Sequence record: AJ697969.1
Length of the DNA stretch: 64,000 bases
Direction: 5' to 3' (one strand)
From: Pseudomonas phage EL
Part shown: piece by piece, positions 10,807 through 20,108 of the stretch
Numbering within the stretch: position 1 is the stretch's first letter
Layout of the letters: every line of letters starts with the position of its first letter
Program-made: the position numbers and the translations under genes
The notes under the pieces: model-generated
Told to the model about the DNA's origin: nothing
Databases searched by the model: none
What the model saw: the letters and a program-made list of their open reading frames with translations, nothing else

Positions 10807-10992
10807 ATGACCAGTACGGTTAACGTAACCGCTCATTGTACCGAAGATAAGGAAGTAGTGGTTCGGGTTCAGACGCCTGAAGATATCTCGCAAGAGGTTA
10901 TTCTTCAGAACGGTGAGAAGACGGAAGTGGTGGTGTTCGGCGCTAAGCACGTCATCATTCACGAACGGACTCGGTTGGAACCCGAAGGTTAA
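10807..10992 (+). CDS. small hypothetical protein (61 aa)
   Basis: perfect SD AAGGAGG 8 nt upstream of ATG. Confidence 0.45.
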   Translation: MTSTVNVTAHCTEDKEVVVRVQTPEDISQEVILQNGEKTEVVVFGAKHVIIHERTRLEPEG

Positions 10993-11017
10993 CGGCGGTT
11001 GATCCTATAGTTAAAGA

Positions 11018-11065
11018 GTAACCCTGGGCGGCGCCCAGGGTTACTTGATTGTTATAGGGTTTTCG
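11018..11065 (+). terminator. hairpin GTAACCCTGGGCGC/GCGCCCAGGGTTAC followed by T-rich tract
   Basis: 14-bp GC-rich palindrome then TTGATTGTTATAGGGTTTTCG. Confidence 0.4.
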
Positions 11066-11077
11066 TGGAGTTGATGT

Positions 11078-14000
11078 ATGACAGACGAACAAGACACATC
11101 CCTTTCCTATGCTAAATGGTTGGTTAAGTACCTGAGATGCAACAACCTGCCCAAAGAACTGATCGATGATAAACGCCTCCGTATTGATTGGGAGGCTCGA
11201 ACAGACGATGAAACCCTTTTAGCTCACTTCAATGAAGACAGCTTAAGTGGTATTAAGACTGTTCGTTTTCTCAAGGACTTTTTCAACTACCAAGCGGGTT
11301 ATGATCGGGAGACCCGGAATACCAGTTTCCTCAGAACCACCGAAGTGTTCAGGCAACAGGGGATCAATAACTTTTACTTCATCCTCCAATTGAACAATCC
11401 CCTGTTGAAAGGGGTGGATCCCTTTGATCCTAACCTCACTCCTGAGCAACAGGTGTGGGTCCTGGAGGAGTGTCGGAGTAACTTTTGGTACTTCCTACGG
11501 GAAGTTTGCCGGTTAAAGCCGAATCAGCCCTTCTTAGCGAACCGGGGGAATATCAGCTTTATTTGGTCGTATTTGAATCACATTACCACCTACATGATCA
11601 TGCCGCGGCAACAGGGTAAGCAGCAGCGGAACAGTGCTAAGGTTCGTATTGTGCCTAAGGATACCCTGAAGACTATTACCCCTCAGGATACTTGGAAACG
11701 GATTGAACACCTACGGGTGGGGGATCAAGTCCTGGACCGTTCCGGGAAGCCGTGTCAGGTGATTGGCATTCATCCCCAGGGTAAACGCCGGTTGTATCGC
11801 GTCATTACCAGTGACGGACGAGCCACGGATGTAGGGACTGAACATCTGTGGACCTTGAAGGATTATTCCAACTGCCTCAATGGACGTGCACTCTGGAATG
11901 ACTATTCGACCGTTGATGTCATTAACCTGTTGAAGAAGAAGGTTAAACTTCAATTGCCGTTACCGGCTCCGGTACCCGGGAGTGAACAGGACCTACCTAT
12001 TGACCCGTACGTTCTCGGGTTGATCTATTGCGGACAAGATCAAGACGGTAAGGTTATTATCCCCACGCGTACGGATGCGGTTAAACAGTACGTAGTTGAT
12101 CATCTCCCTCGGGGGGTAACAGTTATTCAGGGAGTGGCTAACAGTTGCTTAGAACGGACTGATAACCAACCTTATTTATTCAACAGGGAACACGGTTTAC
12201 CGGATCAATACCTAGAAGCCCCTTTAAACGCCCGGAGAGACCTCTTACAGGCGTTTTTAGACGTTAGGGGTAAGGTTGGTAGGGGTAAGGTCTTTATAGC
12301 CTTAAATCGCGTCCTAGGAGGTCAACTGGCGTATTTAGCCCGTAGTCTAGGTGGAACCGGTAAAGTCACCAAGAACGGAGTAGAGATTACCCTACCGGAA
12401 GAGGTGCCTCCGTTCAAGTTCAGGGAAGAGAATGTCGTCTTTGATAATCGGTTGCTGATCGAGCGGGTGACTTTCGTAGGGGATGACGATTGTACCTGTA
12501 TTGAAGTCGATAACAGTGAACAGTTGTATTTGACCGATGACTTCATTGTGACCCACAACACGGTATCGGTTCAGGTGATTGACTTCTGGTTAACGTACAT
12601 CATGGGCCGGGGGTATACGAGCCACTTGATTACCTTGAAGTCGGATAACCGAGCTCAGTTCATTGCGGCTATTAAGCAGATACGGAGTTCCATTCCCTCG
12701 TATTTGATTAACTCGACCTACAAGGACAAGGATGCTGGTACCAGTCTGACCTACAAGGCCTTTGGGGAAGATAACGTTAATACGCTGTACATTAACGTCC
12801 CTCAGATCAGTCAGGATGCAGCAGGGGATCTCGGTCGGGGGTTACGGGTAGGGACTACCAACTACGATGAGTCCGGGTATATTCGGTTCATCGACACCAT
12901 CATTGACGGGTGTTCCCCGTCCTCGCTAACGGAAATGGCGTTGTGCAGAGAGCAGGGGTTGCCGTATGGGATTACGCACATTACGACCCCCAATACCACG
13001 CTCCATCCCAGCGGGGAGTTTATGTTCAATAAACTCATGAGTGCAACGGAGTGGCGGGAGAAGTTCTTTGATTGCTTCAGTGAGAGTCACTTGAGGCAGA
13101 TGTTACTCAGGGCTTCCCCTACGAAGACAACCTCTCCGTCAGTCTCCATGGTGTACAATTACCTTCAACTGGGTAAGGACAAAGCCTGGGTGCGGGAAAC
13201 CATTGACCTGCTAGGATTGAGTTTGGCGAAAGCCAAGATCGACTTATTGCTCATGTGGGTGGAAGATGGGGAGAATCGGTTGTTTGACGATGTGACCCGG
13301 GAAGCCATTAACAACATGAAGCGGGACGTGGTGTGGAGTAAGGAGTATCGGGACTGTAACCTGTACGTGGACTTCTTTGTGACCCAACAGGAATTGTTGG
13401 AGATGGCAAAGAAGGAGTACAATGACCATTTCCTGATTGGTGTGGATACGTCCTCAGCCATTAACAAGGATGCCTGCACCATTGTGATTCGCAGTATGAA
13501 GACGGGTAAGGTCATTGGGGTGGGACGATATCCCTTAACCTTCTTGGATGATGTCACAGCCATTGTTGTGGATTTGCTGGACGTGATTCAGAACAGCACC
13601 TTGATCATAGAGCGTAACTACGCACATCACATGATCGACAGTCTGTTGATTATGCTGCCGGCTAAGGGTATGGATCCCTTTAAACGGGTCTTTAACCAAA
13701 TCTACCAAGACACCGTCAATAACGCCAAGGAGTTTGAGGAAGTCCAGAACACCAAATTTGCTTACCGGAATAAAGCGTTCTACCTGAAGTATAAACAATA
13801 CTTCGGGTTCGTGACGACCAAGACCACTCGGGACGTCCTGTACGGCCTCATCCAAGAGGCGGTTGGGAATACCGGGTACGGCCTCTGTTATGCGAAGCTC
13901 GCGGATGAATTGATCAACCTGAAACTCAAGGGGGATCGAATCGACCACGATGCGAAGCAGCACGATGACTTGGTCATTGCGTGGCTACTGAGCTACTGGT

Positions 14001-14344
14001 TCATTAAGCTCGGGGAGAACAAGTCCTTGTACGGGATCCCTCCGGGGATTGCCTTAACGGACACCCGTAACCTACTGAACTCTGCTCAGAACCAAGGACG
14101 AACCGAGTATGAGCCGTACGTGGTTCAACTCATCGATAAAGTCCGGAGTAAGGTTCACAGCCTAACTGAAGAACTGATGAGCACCCAGGACAATATCTTA
14201 GCACTTCGTCTAGAGGTGGAGATTCGGAAGTTAGCCAAGATGTTGCCTCCGGAACAGAATCGCATGATGACCATTGACGTGCTGTTGGAGAACGCTAAAG
14301 TGGAACGCAACAAACGCCTACTGCAACAACGCAGAACAGCATAA
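11078..14344 (+). CDS. terL: terminase large subunit, interrupted by an in-frame intein
   Basis: Extein N-part ends ...MPRQQGK and C-part resumes TVSVQVIDFW, reconstituting a T4 gp17-like Walker A (RQQGKT). The C-terminal region FLIGVDTSSAINKDACTIV ... HDDLVIAWLLSYW is the RNaseH-like terminase nuclease domain. Confidence 0.8.
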   Translation: MTDEQDTSLSYAKWLVKYLRCNNLPKELIDDKRLRIDWEARTDDETLLAHFNEDSLSGIKTVRFLKDFFNYQAGYDRETRNTSFLRTTEVFRQQGINNFYFILQLNNPLLKGVDPFDPNLTPEQQVWVLEECRSNFWYFLREVCRLKPNQPFLANRGNISFIWSYLNHITTYMIMPRQQGKQQRNSAKVRIVPKDTLKTITPQDTWKRIEHLRVGDQVLDRSGKPCQVIGIHPQGKRRLYRVITSDGRATDVGTEHLWTLKDYSNCLNGRALWNDYSTVDVINLLKKKVKLQLPLPAPVPGSEQDLPIDPYVLGLIYCGQDQDGKVIIPTRTDAVKQYVVDHLPRGVTVIQGVANSCLERTDNQPYLFNREHGLPDQYLEAPLNARRDLLQAFLDVRGKVGRGKVFIALNRVLGGQLAYLARSLGGTGKVTKNGVEITLPEEVPPFKFREENVVFDNRLLIERVTFVGDDDCTCIEVDNSEQLYLTDDFIVTHNTVSVQVIDFWLTYIMGRGYTSHLITLKSDNRAQFIAAIKQIRSSIPSYLINSTYKDKDAGTSLTYKAFGEDNVNTLYINVPQISQDAAGDLGRGLRVGTTNYDESGYIRFIDTIIDGCSPSSLTEMALCREQGLPYGITHITTPNTTLHPSGEFMFNKLMSATEWREKFFDCFSESHLRQMLLRASPTKTTSPSVSMVYNYLQLGKDKAWVRETIDLLGLSLAKAKIDLLLMWVEDGENRLFDDVTREAINNMKRDVVWSKEYRDCNLYVDFFVTQQELLEMAKKEYNDHFLIGVDTSSAINKDACTIVIRSMKTGKVIGVGRYPLTFLDDVTAIVVDLLDVIQNSTLIIERNYAHHMIDSLLIMLPAKGMDPFKRVFNQIYQDTVNNAKEFEEVQNTKFAYRNKAFYLKYKQYFGFVTTKTTRDVLYGLIQEAVGNTGYGLCYAKLADELINLKLKGDRIDHDAKQHDDLVIAWLLSYWFIKLGENKSLYGIPPGIALTDTRNLLNSAQNQGRTEYEPYVVQLIDKVRSKVHSLTEELMSTQDNILALRLEVEIRKLAKMLPPEQNRMMTIDVLLENAKVERNKRLLQQRRTA
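11621..12559 (+). mobile_element. intein with LAGLIDADG-type homing endonuclease remnant, inserted in the terminase P-loop after GK
   Basis: ends ...LYLTDDFIVTHN with +1 Thr; internal HPQGKRRLYRV...DGRATDVGTEHLW Hint block; LGLIYCGQDQDG and LLQAFLDVRGKV LAGLIDADG-like blocks; first residue Gln (non-nucleophilic). Confidence 0.65.
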
Positions 14345-14352
14345 GACCTGAC

Positions 14353-14400
14353 CCTCCTGGAGCCCGTGTGGGGCTCCAGGAGGTATCGGGTTATTTCTGC
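14353..14400. terminator. hairpin CCTCCTGGAGCCCC/GGGGCTCCAGGAGG plus T-rich tract between convergent genes
   Basis: 14-bp perfect inverted repeat, then TATCGGGTTATTTCTGCTTC. Confidence 0.5.
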
Positions 14401-14437
14401 TTCAGAAAGGGCGGTATAACCCACTTAGTTACAAGGG

Positions 14438-14734
14438 TTACGCTACAGCAAGCAGTGCATGTTCCAGTTCTTGCAGAGTGTGACCTTTAGCCGGCTTGCC
14501 GTTGGCCAATAGGTTGAAGGCTTCAGAGGCGGTGGTATGATCCAGATACCAACGGTAGTTCGGCGAGTTTTCGTCGAACATCGGCGAGCGGGAGGGTTCA
14601 CCTGGTGGTGTAGGGATCCAAGGGAAGATCATGAACACCCGGATTGACGCTGAACCACTTTCCACCATCACACTAACCATGGTGTGCGTATGGCACGAAC
14701 AGAGAAGCTTTTGGGTCAAGGGGAGTGCGTGCAT
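14438..14734 (-). CDS. hypothetical small protein (start uncertain; longer ORF to 14857 overlaps upstream gene)
   Basis: ORF; internal Met at 14734 has GGAG upstream and avoids a 76-nt overlap. Confidence 0.35.
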   Translation of the reverse strand: MHALPLTQKLLCSCHTHTMVSVMVESGSASIRVFMIFPWIPTPPGEPSRSPMFDENSPNYRWYLDHTTASEAFNLLANGKPAKGHTLQELEHALLAVA

Positions 14735-14781
14735 AGTGTCTGCTCCTACGCAGTCTGCATGAATAAATTCCTTGTAACTGG

Positions 14782-16143
14782 TTATTCGAAATAATCCTTG
14801 GACAGTACGCGCAGTACAATGAACAAGCACAACGCCGTACGAGTGGTTAATACCCACTGAGGGGTTTTACGTCCGGTAATGGCAATCACAATCTGATCAC
14901 CTAATTCCCGAATCGTCTTAACCATGTCATTCCGACTCCGACTCGCCCCGTAAGCACCGCGCATCTTGATCAACACGTTGTAGACTTTACTGCGTTTGAT
15001 GTTGTTGGCGTGCAGGTAATCAAACAGGTGCAATACGACCGTTTCAGCAAACTGTTTGTACTCAGGGGTTTTGGGGTTGTTGTACCGCTTAGGGAACTCT
15101 TGCAGGGTATACGTCAGCATGTTCATCCGAACATCCTCCAGTACACTGGCTGCATAGTTCATTAACTCTTCCTTGTAGAACGAGGTTTCCTCTGTCAGGA
15201 TACGGTCCAGGTACTGAACGTGTTGATTCACGTCTTTCGCTACCGACTTAATGGTCAGTTCATCTCCGAGGTTAACCTTAGAGTTCTCCAGTTTAACGAT
15301 GTTGGTCTTGTTCTTGACATCGTGGAAGACTTTGTTAATGTCGTTAATCGCCCTTCTAAGCCTGTTCTGAATATCTCCTACCATGTAAACGATTTTCTTA
15401 TCATCGTTCATCTGGGTAAAGGCTTCGTAGTGGATACCGGTCTTAGGGTTCAGGATAAACTCCGCCCGAGCCTCAATCAACGCCCTCCAGCTTCCATACC
15501 GTTTAATGTCATACTTCAAGCTCAACCGGTTATAGGTCTCCAAGACCACCTCTTTACGGGCGGTAAAGGGGTAGTCGTTGTGAATGATCGAAGTGAGGCA
15601 TTTGTAGTGGTACATGCACACCACATCTTTCATGGCTTGATGTTTAACTTTCTCCGGTAACTTCGAATGATGAATCCGGTACAGCAAGTAAGGAATGGTC
15701 ATATTGAACGCATCCCCTACGACCGCCCACTCTTTCTTGATGGCTGCCGCGTTGTGGAGGTTCTCTTTGAGTTCCTCTTCATCCAGGTCAATGATGTCAT
15801 TGAACCATTGGTTACGGTCTGCGGTGGTAAAGGTGATCTTCTGCAACCCTAGGTACGGGCTCCCAAAGAACTCCATGTGGTCCACCACACCCATACGGCG
15901 GGTAATGAACGCATACACGTACTTCTGAAGATCACTCGCCCACCGAGGGGTAATCTCCAAGTACGTCGCCAGTCGGGTAAAGATCTCCAGAATGGCATGG
16001 TTACTCTGGAATTCCACCCCTGACAGTAAAGCTTCATTCCCTTCCACGCCTAAGAGGTCACTATCAGGAGTCTTTGCCTCTTCAAAGAGACTAAAGATAT
16101 CCTGGTCCCCTACGAGGTCTTCCGTTCCGTCTAATACTAACAT
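14782..16143 (-). CDS. hypothetical protein (454 aa)
   Basis: ORF; start set at MLVLDGTED (ATG complement 16141..16143) with GAGG ~9 nt upstream, directly after stop of the upstream gene at 16160. Confidence 0.55.
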   Translation of the reverse strand: MLVLDGTEDLVGDQDIFSLFEEAKTPDSDLLGVEGNEALLSGVEFQSNHAILEIFTRLATYLEITPRWASDLQKYVYAFITRRMGVVDHMEFFGSPYLGLQKITFTTADRNQWFNDIIDLDEEELKENLHNAAAIKKEWAVVGDAFNMTIPYLLYRIHHSKLPEKVKHQAMKDVVCMYHYKCLTSIIHNDYPFTARKEVVLETYNRLSLKYDIKRYGSWRALIEARAEFILNPKTGIHYEAFTQMNDDKKIVYMVGDIQNRLRRAINDINKVFHDVKNKTNIVKLENSKVNLGDELTIKSVAKDVNQHVQYLDRILTEETSFYKEELMNYAASVLEDVRMNMLTYTLQEFPKRYNNPKTPEYKQFAETVVLHLFDYLHANNIKRSKVYNVLIKMRGAYGASRSRNDMVKTIRELGDQIVIAITGRKTPQWVLTTRTALCLFIVLRVLSKDYFE

Positions 16144-16159
16144 TGAAAACCCCTCTTGG

Positions 16160-17008
16160 TTAATTCCGACGTGGTGTTGCCATCCGTATTGCTTCAATAC
16201 GGGCTTGTTTATCCGACCACGTCATGCAGTTGATCCATGTGTTCTTGAAATACTCTTTGTATTGGGTCCACGCGTCACTGTAGGCCTGTATATCGTCCCG
16301 TATGGCGTCTAGGGGAACGCCTGAGCGATAAACCGCCTCTTGGGTAGGTCGCCTACAGGTTTTGTAAATATACGCCTTAACGGCCAATTCAACGAGCTCT
16401 GCGAACTGCCGGTAATGACGAGGGTGAATACTGCTCATCCCTTCATCGTATTCCAAGATTACTTTAGCACTCATGGAATACGTTCCCGCATTTAACCCAA
16501 AGATCACAAAGCAGTTATTACCGGTCATATGGACATTGGTGAACGTGACTGGCATACTGCGGTTAGAACTCAATCCCCCCAGTAAGCCATCCATCATGTC
16601 ATTCAGTACTCCGGACCCACACATCGTGTTCTCATTCACCCCGGCTCCTAACTGACCAACTGCGGAACTCATACTCCCCAGGTAGACTTCTGTCACACTG
16701 ATGATTTTAGCACCCCGAGTCGTCGCTTCCGGTACGTTCACCTCTACACACCCATTCCCCCGATCACGAATCATGGATCCTCCCAGATCCAACAACTCCG
16801 TCTTCCCACCCCCTACGTTACATTCCGGTAGAACAATACGGTGAATCACTTTCTCCCGTATACCCTGTTCCACGGTTGTCTGGTTAACCAGGTTATACCA
16901 ATTCCCCGCATAGTTCGCATTGGGGGTTTCAAAAGCGAGCTTCAACAAGTACTCATCGATATCACTGCCACTTACGACACGATTGATAGCATGGTCTACT
17001 GGATTCAT
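16160..17008 (-). CDS. hypothetical protein (282 aa)
   Basis: ORF; its 5' end faces the 650-bp divergent noncoding region. Confidence 0.55.
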   Translation of the reverse strand: MNPVDHAINRVVSGSDIDEYLLKLAFETPNANYAGNWYNLVNQTTVEQGIREKVIHRIVLPECNVGGGKTELLDLGGSMIRDRGNGCVEVNVPEATTRGAKIISVTEVYLGSMSSAVGQLGAGVNENTMCGSGVLNDMMDGLLGGLSSNRSMPVTFTNVHMTGNNCFVIFGLNAGTYSMSAKVILEYDEGMSSIHPRHYRQFAELVELAVKAYIYKTCRRPTQEAVYRSGVPLDAIRDDIQAYSDAWTQYKEYFKNTWINCMTWSDKQARIEAIRMATPRRN

Positions 17009-17009
17009 T

Positions 17010-17658
17010 TAAGGTGACCTCGTCTAACAAACCTTAACGGGTTTATATAAACCCGTTAACTAGGATTAGGGAATCATAACATCTTCCAGTAATTCATTAT
17101 TCGGTTTCCATTATATGTTCCACTTACCCAATTCTCATTTTGGAGGAGGGGGTAAGATTCTTTAGGACTGAGCGACATGAGCCTACGGCGAGTGGAGTGA
17201 AGGAGTAAAGAATCTTGGGGGAGGAGGCCCTACCGAAGGTAGAGTCCAGAGAAGAGAAAAGAGAAAATCCGAAGGAAAAACCTATTACTCCGTAATAGCT
17301 TTTGCTCTTTATATAAGCCCCGGAGGGGCTTATAAGGCAATAAAATTTAACTTTAGTATTTATTATTATTATAGGAAATTGCTTTTTTATTTAAAAAAGG
17401 AAAAATGAAGAGGAAATGAAAATGGGAAAAATACCTTTTAAATATTCCCTAAATTTCATTTGCTATTAAAGAAGTACCCCTTTCAAAGTCAATTACCCCG
17501 ACCGGCATTCCCGAACAGGGAAGCCGGCGTATAGGGTTTATAATGCAATACTGAAATAGGGTTAATGGATTTCAGTTCTACATTATCATTGGGTAATGAA
17601 AGAATACAGTTATTCGTATTGATATGTTTTGTTAAACCCAGAAGAGGAAGAGTGTGTA
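17010..17658. promoter_or_regulatory. 650-bp divergent intergenic regulatory region with palindromes, a long-range inverted repeat, purine mirror repeats and polypurine tracts
   Basis: no convincing ORF; perfect palindromes at 17034..17059, 17283..17299 and 17311..17337; inverted repeat AAGATTCTTTA (17154..17164) / TAAAGAATCTT (17206..17216) flanked by mirror repeats GGAGGAGGGGG / GGGGGAGGAGG; polypurine runs 17248..17282 and 17393..17433. Confidence 0.4.
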
Positions 17659-18207
17659 ATGACAACGATTGCTTATCGTGACGGTGTAATGGCGGCGGAT
17701 ACTCGTGTGGTCAACGGGGCCGATATGATCAACCTCGGAGAGCAACGTAAGATCCACGAACCGGGGGAAGGAGAGTACTGGAGTGTCAATGGTGACCGTA
17801 TTATCTGTTTTGGTTTGTCGGGGAGTCTGTCGGATCTGTTGGCCTTTAAAGAACTGTTGAGTGAAGGGATTACCTTTAAGACCAAAGCACCTGACCACCT
17901 CGTTGGGGACTCGAATATGCTCTGCGTGGGTGAACAGGGTAATGTTTGGCTGGTTTCAGCATTTAAACAACGAGACGGGAGTATGGTGTTTACGGTGTCA
18001 TGCGTACAACCCCCGTTTGCAATTGGATCGGGGGGTATTTACGCCAGTTCGGTGATGGCGGTGGGTAAAAGTGCGGTGGATGCAGTTAAAGTGGCGTGTA
18101 AGTTGGATATCTTTTCTGGCGGTCGTATTGATACCTGGGAACTCCCCCCTATTCCAGAAACCCCCAGTAAGCGCCCTGAACCGGCCGCCGATAAGACGGC
18201 AAAATAA
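17659..18207 (+). CDS. HslV / proteasome beta-subunit-like Ntn-hydrolase peptidase
   Basis: MTTIAYRDGVMAADTRV (Thr directly after initiator Met, as in HslV TTIVSVRRNG...AGDGQ); FAIGSGGIYA matches the HslV AIGSGGPYA motif; GLSGSLSD ~ GFAGGTAD; RBS GAGGAAG upstream. Confidence 0.7.
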   Translation: MTTIAYRDGVMAADTRVVNGADMINLGEQRKIHEPGEGEYWSVNGDRIICFGLSGSLSDLLAFKELLSEGITFKTKAPDHLVGDSNMLCVGEQGNVWLVSAFKQRDGSMVFTVSCVQPPFAIGSGGIYASSVMAVGKSAVDAVKVACKLDIFSGGRIDTWELPPIPETPSKRPEPAADKTAK

Positions 18208-18399
18208 TCCCTAGGGGGTAAGACCCTCAGAATGTAGGCGATGGAAACTAGAGTGTGTAGGTATTTTATGCCGATGACCTGCATTCACTCCATCGCCGGT
18301 CCTGGTGGGAAGGTTAGGAGTGTTAGACACCCACCACCCCTCAACTGCCCAAGCCTATTCTGTCAGGCTTGAGAGGGTTGCCTACAAAACGCTCCGCCC

Positions 18400-18460
18400 C
18401 TCCAGCTCTATGTCACTATGATGTAGAGCTGGAGGTCTTACTTCTTTTGTTTTTTATTTA
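18400..18460 (+). terminator. rho-independent terminator (stem CCTCCAGCTCTA/TAGAGCTGGAGG plus T-rich tract)
   Basis: 12-bp stem, 12-nt loop, then TCTTACTTCTTTTGTTTTTTATTT. Confidence 0.55.
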
Positions 18461-18560
18461 CCCAGGAGGGAATATCTTATACCGTTAAAGTGACCTGTTT
18501 CCACGCCATGGTTCTCTAGGTCACTGTAAGGGTACAACGTTATTGATCCTCTTGGATGCG

Positions 18561-18617
18561 CTAACGGGTGGTGTTATGGTCATATCGGCGGTTGCCCACC
18601 CGTTAGTCTTTTTTTTG
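18561..18617 (+). terminator. rho-independent terminator (stem CTAACGGGTGG/CCACCCGTTAG plus T8 run)
   Basis: 11-bp stem then TCTTTTTTTTG; lies inside the spurious N-terminal extension of the 18543 ORF. Confidence 0.65.
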
Positions 18618-18713
18618 ATTACGCTAGATAATTTGAAACCTAAATTATTAGCAGGCTATTGGAGAATAGTCCTTTTTAATGACTTCCCTGTAAACCAAAG
18701 AGAGCGATTCGAT

Positions 18714-19676
18714 ATGTCTCAGATTCAATACTACCTCATGGGCGGCGCGGGTATCAACATTGGTGCGGGTTTGAAAGAATATTCCCGTACGCGTGTGAAC
18801 AGTGATGCGGGGATGGTAGGTTTCGATACCAGTGATAAGAACTTCACGGCCGCGTTCCCCATTGAGCAACTCGAAGGGGTGAACGGGAGTGGTAAGGATT
18901 CCACCAAGCACTATGACAAACTCCTCCCCTTCGTAGCGGCTAACCTGAAGAAACACCGTCCCGGTGTTCACAACATCATCGTAGCCAGTACCGCTGGTGG
19001 TACTGGGCGTGTTATGGCGATGATTGCGTTGCGCCTGCTGGTCGAGTCGGGTAAAAACGTCATTCTCTGCCTGATCTCGGAACACACTTCCCTGGTGGAT
19101 AAAGAAAACGCAGTCAATGCCCTCCGTTCCTTTGCTAACCAGTGCCAACCCAATCAGCTGAACCGTCCGGTGTGCTACATGGAGTTCCTCAATACGCCGA
19201 ACCTGACCCGTAAGGAAGTCAACCTTCAGGCGATTGATTCACTGAATCTCCTGAGTCTCCTCTTTGATCCCGGTAATACGGAAATCGATGAGGAAGACAT
19301 TAAACGCTTCTTCAATTACTCGGCGGGGGGTAAAACCAGGCCGGCGTTGAGTCGTATTCATTTCTACGACCAGGATGGTGCAGCGGACTATACCGGTAAG
19401 GTACCGGTCTCGGTCGCCAGCCTGTACCCGAACAACGATGACGTGGTTCCTCGGTTTATGGGATCGGTTTACCGGACGACGGGTATTTTCTCCCCCAACA
19501 GTGATCGTCCGGAGGACATCAAAGAGCTGCACGTGACCCTCGATCACGGTGAAGCCCTGGAAGAACTGGAGAAAGAGATCGAAGGGCTGGAAACGGTTCA
19601 AGCTCAAGCTGCCGTTGACTTCTCTCAACAGAAGGACATTTCGGAAGGATCGAACGATCTGGGCTTCATGCTGTAA
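18714..19676 (+). CDS. phuZ: PhuZ-like phage tubulin/FtsZ-family GTPase
   Basis: MSQIQYYLMGGAGINIGAG (tubulin/FtsZ G-box N-terminal glycine loop) and IVASTAGGTGRV (tubulin T4 signature GGGTGSG-like); size 320 aa with acidic C-terminal tail, as in PhuZ. Start at 18714 chosen downstream of the two terminators. Confidence 0.8.
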   Translation: MSQIQYYLMGGAGINIGAGLKEYSRTRVNSDAGMVGFDTSDKNFTAAFPIEQLEGVNGSGKDSTKHYDKLLPFVAANLKKHRPGVHNIIVASTAGGTGRVMAMIALRLLVESGKNVILCLISEHTSLVDKENAVNALRSFANQCQPNQLNRPVCYMEFLNTPNLTRKEVNLQAIDSLNLLSLLFDPGNTEIDEEDIKRFFNYSAGGKTRPALSRIHFYDQDGAADYTGKVPVSVASLYPNNDDVVPRFMGSVYRTTGIFSPNSDRPEDIKELHVTLDHGEALEELEKEIEGLETVQAQAAVDFSQQKDISEGSNDLGFML

Positions 19677-19692
19677 GACAGACAGTGAATCG

Positions 19693-19752
19693 CTAAGGTA
19701 GGGAGCTCACGCTCCCTACCTTAGCCTTTATTACGCTTTGGGGTATTTTTTA
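19693..19752 (+). terminator. hairpin CTAAGGTAGGGAGC/GCTCCCTACCTTAG followed by T-rich tract
   Basis: 14-bp stem, 4-nt loop, then CCTTTATTACGCTTTGGGGTATTTTTTA. Confidence 0.45.
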
Positions 19753-19814
19753 TAATGAGTTTTTACTAAAATGGGCATTATTATACAGGCTTAATTAAAT
19801 ATAGGGGTTAGAAG

Positions 19815-20108
19815 GTGTCTATAAGCTTCTCTGTTGATTTATCAAGGGGTTACCTATACCGACCTACCGGTTCAGGTAAAAACGTCGTGTTAAGGAAAAT
19901 AGACCGGTTTGACGTGGTACACTGTTTACAGGCATTAGGGTACCACAACCTGAACGAACGCAGTCTGAATCGTCGAGCTATGGTCTTTATTCCGTCTCTG
20001 GAGGAGGACATCACGAAATTCACGATCGGTGTACCGAGTGATGCACAGGTTCGTATTCGTGGGATTGGGAAGTGCTCCCAACGGTTATTGATTACATTTG
20101 TTTATTAA
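19815..20108 (+). CDS. hypothetical protein (GTG start, weak)
   Basis: ORF only; no good RBS. Confidence 0.25.
   Translation: MSISFSVDLSRGYLYRPTGSGKNVVLRKIDRFDVVHCLQALGYHNLNERSLNRRAMVFIPSLEEDITKFTIGVPSDAQVRIRGIGKCSQRLLITFVY

Noticed and set aside
18543-18713. N-terminal 57-codon extension of the PhuZ ORF predicted by the ORF track
   Set aside because: The extension contains a complete rho-independent terminator (18561..18617). The conserved tubulin N-terminus starts at the Met at 18714.
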